From assembly GCA_017650325.1 (NCBI GenBank), contig JAGCFC010000170.1, forward strand, positions 1-53,229: a DNA stretch of 53,229 nt, written 5' to 3'. Below the pieces are notes generated by a model. It was given only the letters and a program-made list of their open reading frames with translations, did no database searches and was not told the origin of the DNA. This DNA is from Salinivirgaceae bacterium. Lineage in GTDB: Bacteria; Bacteroidota; Bacteroidia; Bacteroidales; SZUA-534. Positions 1 through 8,284 of the stretch are shown here, piece by piece; the first letter of the stretch is position 1; every line of letters begins with the position of its first letter. The position numbers and the translations under genes are program-made.

Positions 1-309
<309 letters not shown>

Positions 310-352
310 TTAAATTGTTGTTCAATTTTTAAAATTGATTGCCCGTTGAATG

Positions 353-367
353 ACAATCTCTGTGCCA
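353..367 (-). promoter_or_regulatory. Sigma54-like -24/-12 promoter upstream of dnaK
   Basis: Minus strand TGGCAC-AGAGA-TTGT versus consensus TGGCAC-N5-TTGC, 55 nt upstream of the ATG. Confidence 0.5.
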
Positions 368-621
368 GACGGTTTTTGACCGATTTCCGGCGGCTGCGTC
401 CGAATTTTTGTCAGTCGGTTGATGAAAAATGCGCCACGGGTGTCAGTCGATACTGACAGATTGTCGGACAGGGGGAAGGGTGGGGTGGTTTCCTGCCGAC
501 AATAACTTTTATCAACACCATAGTATATCGAACAAAAAAATATATACATTGTAACTGCGTTTCGCCAATCTCATAATAATGGCGTTACGTTATTGTTTAT
601 CAGTATTTTATTCTTTTTGTT

Positions 622-1086
622 ATGGAGATTTTAAGTTCAGGAGGGATTGCAAGTTTTATGAATTTGACAACACTGCTTTTCATTATTGGTGTGATAATGT
701 TCATTATCGAGATTTTCACACCGTCGTTTGTGGCTGGCTCAGTCGGTATCGGGTTCTTCTGCGCCGGAGTGGCGTCGTTTTTCATCGATTCGTATAGTTG
801 GTTGCTGTTCATCGGCATTTGCGGAACAGCAATCACAATGTTCGCCATCAGGCCGGTGGTTCTGAAGTGGCTCGACAAAACGGGGGCGCCTACCAATTCC
901 GATGCGATGATTGGCCGTGTGACAAAGGCTAAAGAGGTGATTGACTGCGATTCTGGCTCAATCAGTCTCGATGGCGTTGTTTGGCAGGCCCGCACACTCG
1001 ACGGTTCCGAGATTGCTGTCGGGACACCCGTCGAAGTGGTCAAAATTGACAGTATCATACTTTATGTTAAACCAAAAAACAGTTAA
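622..1086 (+). CDS. NfeD-family membrane protein (short, C-terminal OB fold)
   Basis: Three hydrophobic segments, then LDGVVWQAR...GTPVEVVKIDSIILYV; directly upstream of an SPFH gene. Confidence 0.9.
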   Translation: MEILSSGGIASFMNLTTLLFIIGVIMFIIEIFTPSFVAGSVGIGFFCAGVASFFIDSYSWLLFIGICGTAITMFAIRPVVLKWLDKTGAPTNSDAMIGRVTKAKEVIDCDSGSISLDGVVWQARTLDGSEIAVGTPVEVVKIDSIILYVKPKNS

Positions 1087-1089
1087 AAA

Positions 1090-2091
1090 ATGAGTGCAAC
1101 TTTAGTTCTGCTATTTGTAATAGCATTGTTCGTCCTAATTTTTGCGATGGCCGGTTTCAAGGTCGTCAAACAGTCGGAAACGATGGTCGTTGAGCGTTTG
1201 GGAAAATTCAACCGCCAGTTGTCGTCGGGTATCAACATCATTTGGCCGATTATCGACAAGCCGCGTCCGGTTAAATGGCGCTATGTGACTGAATATAACG
1301 GCACTAAATATGTCCGTTTTGTCGACAGACCGCGTATCGACATTCGTGAGACGGTTTACGATTTCCCGCGCCAGAATGTGATTACCAAAGACAATGTGAA
1401 TTTGGAAATCAACGCATTGCTTTATTTCCAGATTATGGACCCCGTAAAGGCTGTGTACGAGATTGAGAATCTGCCAGATGCAATCGAAAAACTGACACAG
1501 ACAACGTTGCGTAACGTGATTGGCGAACTTGAACTCGACGAGACACTCACATCGCGCGACACCATCAACACTAAGCTTCGACTTATTTTGGACGAGGCCA
1601 CAAACAAATGGGGTGTTAAGGTGAATCGTGTTGAGCTTCAGGATATTAACCCGCCAGTTGAGATTCGTCAGACAATGGAAAAGCAGATGCGTGCCGAGCG
1701 TGAGCGCCGTGCCACCATTCTCGAGGCTGAAGGTCACAAAAAGGCTACCATTCTTGAGGCCGAAGGTATGCGCGATGCCGAAATCAACCAGGCTCAAGGT
1801 CGCAAGCAGGCGCAGATTCTGCGTGCCGAGGCTGAGGCTGAAGCAAAGATCAAGGTTGCCGAAGCTGAGGCAAAGAGTATCCGCCTGATTAGCGAGGCCA
1901 TCGACCAGAGCGCCCATTTCGACCCGGCTCAATACCTGATTGCAATGAAATACATCTCAACCTTCGAGCAGTTGGCTGCAGGCAAGGACACCAAGACCGT
2001 CTTTATGCCGTACGAGGCTACCGGCGTTTTGAGTTCGCTCGGTTCTCTGAAAGAACTTTTCGAAGGGGCTGAGAAGAAATTGAAGAAATAA
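1090..2091 (+). CDS. SPFH/stomatin-like (band 7, QmcA-type) protein
   Basis: N-terminal TM, VVERLGKF, QNVITKDNV, TTLRNVIG, WGVKVNRVELQDI, MEKQMRAERERRA coiled coil. Confidence 0.95.
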   Translation: MSATLVLLFVIALFVLIFAMAGFKVVKQSETMVVERLGKFNRQLSSGINIIWPIIDKPRPVKWRYVTEYNGTKYVRFVDRPRIDIRETVYDFPRQNVITKDNVNLEINALLYFQIMDPVKAVYEIENLPDAIEKLTQTTLRNVIGELELDETLTSRDTINTKLRLILDEATNKWGVKVNRVELQDINPPVEIRQTMEKQMRAERERRATILEAEGHKKATILEAEGMRDAEINQAQGRKQAQILRAEAEAEAKIKVAEAEAKSIRLISEAIDQSAHFDPAQYLIAMKYISTFEQLAAGKDTKTVFMPYEATGVLSSLGSLKELFEGAEKKLKK

Positions 2092-2152
2092 AAACTGACA
2101 GTTTCTGCATATAAGTTGCTGGATATTGCATTATTGTCAGTTTATATGACAG

Positions 2153-2185
2153 CAGGGGCGGCGAGGTGTCCGCTCCTGTTTTTTT
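2153..2185 (+). terminator. Intrinsic terminator after nfeD-SPFH
   Basis: CAGGGGCGG-N8-CCGCTCCTG followed by T7. Confidence 0.7.
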
Positions 2186-2212
2186 GTGAGAATATGCCGA
2201 TAAGCATGAATG

Positions 2213-2836
2213 CTATTCTCTGACAATAAGCTCTTTTCCGTTGGCTTTGCGCCATGCGTTTGAGGCATTGAGGCTGAATTCGCAGCCGCAGTATTGCTGT
2301 TCGTAGAAGTTGTATTGCCGGATAATTTCAATCCGACGTTCACTCAAACCGCCTTTGCGCCAGTTCTGGTCCCAGAATTTGACATTTGTTTGAGATTCTG
2401 CCCATTGACCGGCTTCGTTAATTTGGTCGAGGCTTTTCCACCGCGATGAGGCAAGTGTTGTTGTGAATAGTTCGAATCCATGTTCTTGTGCGTATTGTGC
2501 GGTACGCATCAAGCGGTGCTTGAAACATTCAAGGCATCGGCGGCCTCGTTCCGGCTCATCGGCGAGTGGTTGTGCCGATAGCAACCATTGGTTGTGATTG
2601 TAGTCGTCATCAACTATATCAAGCCCCAATTCCTGTGCGAATCGTGTACATTCGTCTTTGCGGAGCTGGTATTCGCTTTGTGGATAAATGTTTGGATTAC
2701 AATAAAATATTGTAGGCCGTATGCCGTTTTGGAGCAGACATTCAACAATGGCCGACGAACATGGTGCACAACACGCATGAAGCAGCACTCGGGTTGCATT
2801 GTTGGGTATGTTCAGCTTGAGTTTTACTTGTTGCAT
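2213..2836 (-). CDS. queH: Epoxyqueuosine reductase QueH
   Basis: LLHACCAPCS, NPNIYP, ERGRRCLECF, FTTTL and YCGC motifs. Confidence 0.95.
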   Translation of the reverse strand: MQQVKLKLNIPNNATRVLLHACCAPCSSAIVECLLQNGIRPTIFYCNPNIYPQSEYQLRKDECTRFAQELGLDIVDDDYNHNQWLLSAQPLADEPERGRRCLECFKHRLMRTAQYAQEHGFELFTTTLASSRWKSLDQINEAGQWAESQTNVKFWDQNWRKGGLSERRIEIIRQYNFYEQQYCGCEFSLNASNAWRKANGKELIVRE

Positions 2837-2843
2837 AGTGCGG

Positions 2844-2851
2844 CAAAAATA
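2844..2851 (-). promoter_or_regulatory. Bacteroidota -7 promoter element for queH
   Basis: TATTTTTG (TAnnTTTG) ending 7 nt before the ATG. Confidence 0.55.
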
Positions 2852-2891
2852 TGAAATGTGCGGAGAGTATTGGTCCCGATAAACATCGAAA

Positions 2892-3617
2892 TCAGTTTTC
2901 GCTCTTGCTCAAAAAACGTTCCGCTTCCGCGATTTTCTCGACCGAGCCGGCATCGAACCAATAATCGCTGTCGTGCTGATAACCAACGATTTTGTAATTT
3001 TTAGCCAATTTCAGGTAGTGGGGGATTATGGGAAATACCTCATCAGCGGGAAATTTGTCGAACAAAGTTGGCGACATAATATGTATTCCGCTGAAAGCGA
3101 ATGGTTTAAGTTCGGCATTGTCGCTCACAATAATTGATTCTCCGGTTTTGATGTTCTGCCAGCCGCCAAGTTGCTTCTGACCATCGAACAGCAGCACCCG
3201 CGAGCTTTGCCGTTGACGGATGGCAAGTGTAGCATCGGCTTTTGAATCAATATGTTGCTGCATCATTTGGCGCAAGTTGATATTGGTCAGAATATCGACA
3301 TTGGCAATCACAATCGGCTCTTTGCCGCTGAACAGGCCGATGGCTTTTTTCAGACCGCCGCCAGTGTCGAGCAGCAGATTGCTTTCATCGGAAATGGCAA
3401 TGTCGGCCTTGCATTTAAGGTTGCCGATGTAGTCTTTCATCTTATTGGCAAAATGATGAACATTTACAACAATGCGGTTGGCGCCATTGCTCTCAAGCAT
3501 CGTAATGCAATGTTGCAGAAGCGTTTGGCCGCATACTTCGACCAAGGCTTTTGGTCGGTCATTTGTCAATGGGCGCAGACGTGTTCCCAAACCTGCAGCG
3601 AATATCATTGCTTCCAT
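2892..3617 (-). CDS. Sugar-1-phosphate nucleotidyltransferase, MurU-like
   Basis: AMIFAAGLGTRLRPLT..PKAL, LLDTGGG and WFDAG motifs; adjacent to an AmgK-like kinase. Confidence 0.85.
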   Translation of the reverse strand: MEAMIFAAGLGTRLRPLTNDRPKALVEVCGQTLLQHCITMLESNGANRIVVNVHHFANKMKDYIGNLKCKADIAISDESNLLLDTGGGLKKAIGLFSGKEPIVIANVDILTNINLRQMMQQHIDSKADATLAIRQRQSSRVLLFDGQKQLGGWQNIKTGESIIVSDNAELKPFAFSGIHIMSPTLFDKFPADEVFPIIPHYLKLAKNYKIVGYQHDSDYWFDAGSVEKIAEAERFLSKSEN

Positions 3618-3668
3618 AGACGGGGATTGAATGTTGTTTAGTTTTTGGTGTTAGGTATCAGTCAAACT

Positions 3669-5099
3669 TTAATTCTGAATTCTACATTCAATATTCTGAA
3701 TCCCCAACTCTCTGTGTATCAGCTTTACTCTCACATCGTACTTCTTTCCAATCTGTTCGGCAAAATTCTGGGCGCAGTAAACTGAACGGTGCTGTCCGCC
3801 TGTGCATCCGAAACTGACCATCAGATTTTTAAATCCTCGGCGCAGGTATGTTTCTATGGTTGGCGATACGATTTCGATGGCTTGTTTCAAAAAACTGTCG
3901 ATAGTTGAGTTGGCCTTCAGAAAATCGATAACCGCCTTGTCACGGCCTGTCAGCGATTTGTACTCGTCGTAGCGCCCGGGATTGTGTTGTCCGCGGCAGT
4001 CGAACACAAAGCCGCCACCGTTTTCAGGGTCGGAGGGGATGCCTTTCTTGTATGAGAAACTATAAACCGTAATAGTCAATCCGTCGAAATTGTCGGGTTG
4101 TGGTTCGGTAATATCTATCTGATTTGCAATCTCTTCGATATGTGGTAAATCGACAATTTTCAGAGCAATCAGGTCTTTCAAGTTCTTTACGGCCGCAGGA
4201 ATGCTTTCGATGAAGTGTTTTTTCTGCTCGTAATAGCCGCGATATCCATATGCGCCAAGCACTTGCAGTGTGCGAATTAGGGCAAATAGTTTGAACTCGC
4301 CGAATAATTGGTCTCGGTTGGTAGGTCTCAGCTCTTTCAGGGCATTTATGTAGCTGTCGAACAACTCGTTGCGCAGTTCTTCGCTGAATCTGGCTTTTGC
4401 CTGATATAGCAACGAGGCCACATCGTACATCAGCGGACCGCGTTTGCCGCCTTGAAAATCAATGTAATAAAGCTCATCGTTCTTCAGCATAATGTTGCGC
4501 GACTGGAAATCGCGGAACATAAAATATTGGCTGTCAATAGCGCTTGCGGCATCAATAATGTGGTTGAAATCCTGCTCAAGTTTGTATTCGTCGAATGCAA
4601 TGTGAGCGTTCTTCAAAAAGCAGTATTTGAAGTAGTTAAGATCCCAACGAATGGCGGTTTGGTCGAAATCGGCAGTGGGGATGCAGAGCGAATAATCGAT
4701 GTTGCGACCAGCCACAACCTGCATTTTAGCCAAATCGGCAAGAGCCTGCTTATAGAGTTGTTTAAGGTGCTCGTCGGGGGTGCCATTGGCGGCAGTTACA
4801 AGGTTGTAGAGCGGTTCGGAGCCTAAATCTTCAATAAGATAGCAGGTTCGGTTGTCGCTCACAGCCAGAACTTTTGGCACGTTTATTCCCGCATCGGCAA
4901 AAGCTTGACTGAATGAAAAATAGGCTTCGTTTTCAGTCGTATTTGGGTTGTATGCGGCCATCACCGTATGTTGGTCGGCGGTGGTGAGCCGGAAATACTG
5001 CCTGTCGGAGCCGGAGCGGGGCAGGGGTGAGCATTTGGCATAGCTTCCGCCAGCCCACTTGTCGTACAGTCGGTTTATCTCATCGATAACTTGAATCAT
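3669..5099 (-). CDS. AmgK-like (APH-family) sugar kinase fused to a RapZ C-terminal-like domain
   Basis: GSDRQYFR, FRDFQSRNIM, IDFQG kinase motifs; C-terminal SFSYKKGIP..FVFDCR..NP..GCTGGQHRSV. Confidence 0.88.
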   Translation of the reverse strand: MIQVIDEINRLYDKWAGGSYAKCSPLPRSGSDRQYFRLTTADQHTVMAAYNPNTTENEAYFSFSQAFADAGINVPKVLAVSDNRTCYLIEDLGSEPLYNLVTAANGTPDEHLKQLYKQALADLAKMQVVAGRNIDYSLCIPTADFDQTAIRWDLNYFKYCFLKNAHIAFDEYKLEQDFNHIIDAASAIDSQYFMFRDFQSRNIMLKNDELYYIDFQGGKRGPLMYDVASLLYQAKARFSEELRNELFDSYINALKELRPTNRDQLFGEFKLFALIRTLQVLGAYGYRGYYEQKKHFIESIPAAVKNLKDLIALKIVDLPHIEEIANQIDITEPQPDNFDGLTITVYSFSYKKGIPSDPENGGGFVFDCRGQHNPGRYDEYKSLTGRDKAVIDFLKANSTIDSFLKQAIEIVSPTIETYLRRGFKNLMVSFGCTGGQHRSVYCAQNFAEQIGKKYDVRVKLIHRELGIQNIECRIQN

Positions 5100-5113
5100 T
5101 GTCTTGCAGAGTG

Positions 5114-5455
5114 TTACAATGAGTCGGTTGCGGCTTTTAGAGTCGGATAGATTTCAAGAATCTGGTCGATTCGGGTCATTTTGATAACGTTGCTGACGGC
5201 GGCGCTCAAGTTGCAGAATTTGATTTTGCAATTGTTGTTGCGTCCGTGGTTGTAAATGCTTATCAATGTGCCCAATCCTGTGCTGTCAATCAGATCAACG
5301 TTGCTCATGTCGACAATGATGTTCAGGTACTCGTTCATGTCAATAACGGCGTTCATCTGCTTTCTGAACTTGCTGTCATTGATAATCGTGATTCGTTTGT
5401 TTTCGGGTTTTGGTGTCACAACGGCGCAACCCGCAATTTGATTGTTGATTTCCAT
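5114..5455 (-). CDS. STAS-domain anti-sigma-factor antagonist
   Basis: IIVDMSNVDLIDSTGLGTL with the conserved phosphorylatable Ser; 113 aa. Confidence 0.9.
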   Translation of the reverse strand: MEINNQIAGCAVVTPKPENKRITIINDSKFRKQMNAVIDMNEYLNIIVDMSNVDLIDSTGLGTLISIYNHGRNNNCKIKFCNLSAAVSNVIKMTRIDQILEIYPTLKAATDSL

Positions 5456-7734
5456 TACTGTAGATTCTTTTTTAAGTTTTCTATTTCAGTTAGAACGTCG
5501 GTGCTTACCGATAAGAAATTGGTAACTATTGTTTTATATAATTCAAAGTCGTTGCCTTCCTTTGCTTCCATTTCTAGTTTTGCCATGTCGGCGCGAAGCG
5601 ATTCTATACCCATCAGGGCAACTGATGATTTGGTCTTGTGGGCTATTGCCGAAAGTTGCTTGAAATCTTTATCCTGCAGAGCCTTTTCAAGTCCTACCAG
5701 CAGTGTCGGGAGTTGTTGGATGAACACATCAATAAGCTCTTTCTTGAACTTCTCGTCTCCGCCAGTCACAGAATCCAGATGTTCGGGGTTGATATATATG
5801 TATTTTTCTGCCGGTTGTGTATTGCTGGCATTGTTTACAACAGAGTCTGTAGATACCTTCTTGATACCGACATGCTTGTAAATCATGTTTATAAGATCTT
5901 GCGTCTCAAATGGTTTTGAGATGTAGTCGTCCATGCCGGCACCTATGCATTTTTCTTTTTCGCCTTTGATTGCAGCGGCTGTCAGAGCAATAATTGGGAT
6001 GGTGCGCTTCTCCTGATCGTCCATTTTCCGAATTATGGAGGTTGCTGTGTATCCGTCCATTTCGGGCATGTGCAAGTCCATCAGAATCAGGTCGAAATGC
6101 TCTTTGTTGAGCAAGTCGATTACCACTTTGCCGTTGGGGGCAATCATCAAGTTGAAGTCTTTCTTCAATATTGTCTTGACGAACAATTGGTTAATTTCGT
6201 TGTCCTCTGCCAGCAGAATATTTGGCGTGTAGTCGGGCGAGAATTGTGTGTCACTTTCGTTATTGCTTGTCAGGACTTCATCTTCAACCTTTTGAGTTCC
6301 ATGCATATAATTAATTCTCAACTCAAAAGTACTGCCTTTTCCGTCTTCGCTTGTCAGTATTATGTCGCCGCCTTGCATTTTGGCCAGTTGCTTCGAAATT
6401 GTCAGGCCCAAACCTGTTCCGCCGTATTTGCGGGTTGTGTCGCTCGATGCCTGTGAGAAACTCGAGAATATAAGCTCCTGCTTCTCTTTCGGAATGCCGA
6501 TGCCAGTGTCGCGAACAGCAAAACTCAGTTCGCTTGAATTGTGCGTCTGGTTTAATACCTTTATAATCAAGGTTATACCTCCGTATTCGGTGAATTTCAG
6601 CGCATTGCTGAGCAGGTTGTTCAGAATCTGGTTCAGACGGGTCGGGTCGCCGATAACGTTTCGCGGTACGTTTTTGTCGATATTGGTTCTGAAATAGAGT
6701 CCTTTGTTTTCCGTCGACATCTTGTAGGTTGCCGCCAAATTGTTGATAATCTTGTCCAGATTGAAGTCGATTTTCTCGATTTCCATTTTACCGGCTTCAA
6801 TCTTCGAGAAGTCAAGAATATCGTTAATGATTACAAGCAGGTTGTTGGCCGATATTGTAATGTTATCGAGGAATGTCTTTTGGTCGGGGGTTAAATTTGT
6901 GTCGTTCAGTAGTTTGGCCATTCCGATCACACCGTTCATTGGGGTGCGGATCTCGTGGCTCATGTTGGCAAGGAACTGGTCTTTGATTTTTGCAAGTTTT
7001 TCAGCTTGCTCCTTAGCCTGTGTCAGATCGATGTTCTGCTTCTTAATCTGCTTGATCATAGAGTTGAAACCCTTCATCAACTCACCAATCTCATCGTTGC
7101 GTTTTTCGGTTTCTTTTACCTGATAATCAGATACATCTGACATGTCTCGCATGGTGTGCGTCAAGTTGATGATTGGGGTTGAAATGACGTTCTGCATGGT
7201 TCTAGTCAGCAGCAGTGCAATAACCATCGATACCAGGATCATTATTAAAAGCACTTTGAGAAACTGCATCGAGCGGATTTTGTAGTCGTTAAGGCTGGTA
7301 TGCAGATAGATGGATCCGATTACCTCATCGTCGAGAATGATGTTGCTGCTTACCAGCAAATCGTTCTCTAGAAAAGCGAAGGTGTCGCGCGACGATATGA
7401 AATCAAGATTTGTATTGCTGTATTCTTGGCTTTGGGTGTATTCCGCAAAAAGCGTGTGGTTTGCGTCATAGATTCGGGCGACGCGGATGTTGGTGTCGGC
7501 AGCCAGTGTTTGCAGCACGGTTTGTGCATCGAGCGGATAGTCGAACGTGATGTTGGCAGTGTTGTTGTCACCGACAATTTTACTCAAGATGGTCATATTG
7601 CTGAGTATCTGCCTGTTGTACTGCGCCTTGTCGTAGTGGCCAAAAATCAAACCGGCGATAATAAGAGCCACAAGGCTTATGAGCATCACCATTATGGTTA
7701 TTTTGGTCCTTATGGATAAATCCTTAAAATTCAT
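5455..7734 (-). CDS. Hybrid sensor kinase: TM-CHASE8-like-TM-HAMP-HisKA-HATPase-REC-Hpt
   Basis: [58 protein letters not shown]; periplasmic [25 protein letters not shown] resembles CHASE8. Confidence 0.93.
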   Translation of the reverse strand: MNFKDLSIRTKITIMVMLISLVALIIAGLIFGHYDKAQYNRQILSNMTILSKIVGDNNTANITFDYPLDAQTVLQTLAADTNIRVARIYDANHTLFAEYTQSQEYSNTNLDFISSRDTFAFLENDLLVSSNIILDDEVIGSIYLHTSLNDYKIRSMQFLKVLLIMILVSMVIALLLTRTMQNVISTPIINLTHTMRDMSDVSDYQVKETEKRNDEIGELMKGFNSMIKQIKKQNIDLTQAKEQAEKLAKIKDQFLANMSHEIRTPMNGVIGMAKLLNDTNLTPDQKTFLDNITISANNLLVIINDILDFSKIEAGKMEIEKIDFNLDKIINNLAATYKMSTENKGLYFRTNIDKNVPRNVIGDPTRLNQILNNLLSNALKFTEYGGITLIIKVLNQTHNSSELSFAVRDTGIGIPKEKQELIFSSFSQASSDTTRKYGGTGLGLTISKQLAKMQGGDIILTSEDGKGSTFELRINYMHGTQKVEDEVLTSNNESDTQFSPDYTPNILLAEDNEINQLFVKTILKKDFNLMIAPNGKVVIDLLNKEHFDLILMDLHMPEMDGYTATSIIRKMDDQEKRTIPIIALTAAAIKGEKEKCIGAGMDDYISKPFETQDLINMIYKHVGIKKVSTDSVVNNASNTQPAEKYIYINPEHLDSVTGGDEKFKKELIDVFIQQLPTLLVGLEKALQDKDFKQLSAIAHKTKSSVALMGIESLRADMAKLEMEAKEGNDFELYKTIVTNFLSVSTDVLTEIENLKKNLQ

Positions 7735-8284
7735 CTTCTTTTGTCGATATTATTTTGGCCAGCAACAGCAGTTTGGGACTGATTTTTATGCCGATGTCAT
7801 TTGCCACGTCTTTGTTTATTTCGAATTGGCGTTCGGAGAATTGCGGAAGGAAGTTTATAACTCCGCCAATCTGACAGAAGTTGTTCATTTCATCGCCGAT
7901 GGTCACAATTGGTTTTTCCCCAATTGTCTTGACAACCTGCATGGCCTCGTGTAGTTTGATGCCCGACAGGATGAGCATATGGCAATTGTCGGTTTCAGCC
8001 AGATTCGATATTCTCTTTATTTTCCAGTCTTTACCATTTGCTTTGCGACCGATCATGGTTTTTTCGAGAATAATGCCGAACGGGTCGTTTTTGTAAACGC
8101 ACAGATAAAGCGTGTCGCCTTCGATGTAGTTGGCCGGCCATTCGATGAATTTTGCAAAGTTGAATATATACGCGGCTTTTACCTCGTATTCAGAATATTG
8201 TGCGTGCGCCCCGGTGGCAGCCAGACTTAAGACTGCTGTCACAAAGGCTATCATTGTGTTTTTGATGCTCTTCATGGTAGTCAA
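7724..8284 (-). CDS. YfiR-family (DUF4154) periplasmic protein
   Basis: Signal peptide, [38 protein letters not shown]. Confidence 0.9.
   Translation of the reverse strand: MTTMKSIKNTMIAFVTAVLSLAATGAHAQYSEYEVKAAYIFNFAKFIEWPANYIEGDTLYLCVYKNDPFGIILEKTMIGRKANGKDWKIKRISNLAETDNCHMLILSGIKLHEAMQVVKTIGEKPIVTIGDEMNNFCQIGGVINFLPQFSERQFEINKDVANDIGIKISPKLLLLAKIISTKEDEF

Noticed and set aside
322-549. 75-aa ORF upstream of dnaK
   Set aside because: Overlaps the promoter and palindrome region and has no protein features.
2092-2150. AAACTGACA..TGTCAGTTT inverted repeat resembling the dnaK upstream boxes
   Set aside because: Located in a convergent 3' region with no promoter to regulate. More likely a 3' UTR stem or chance.
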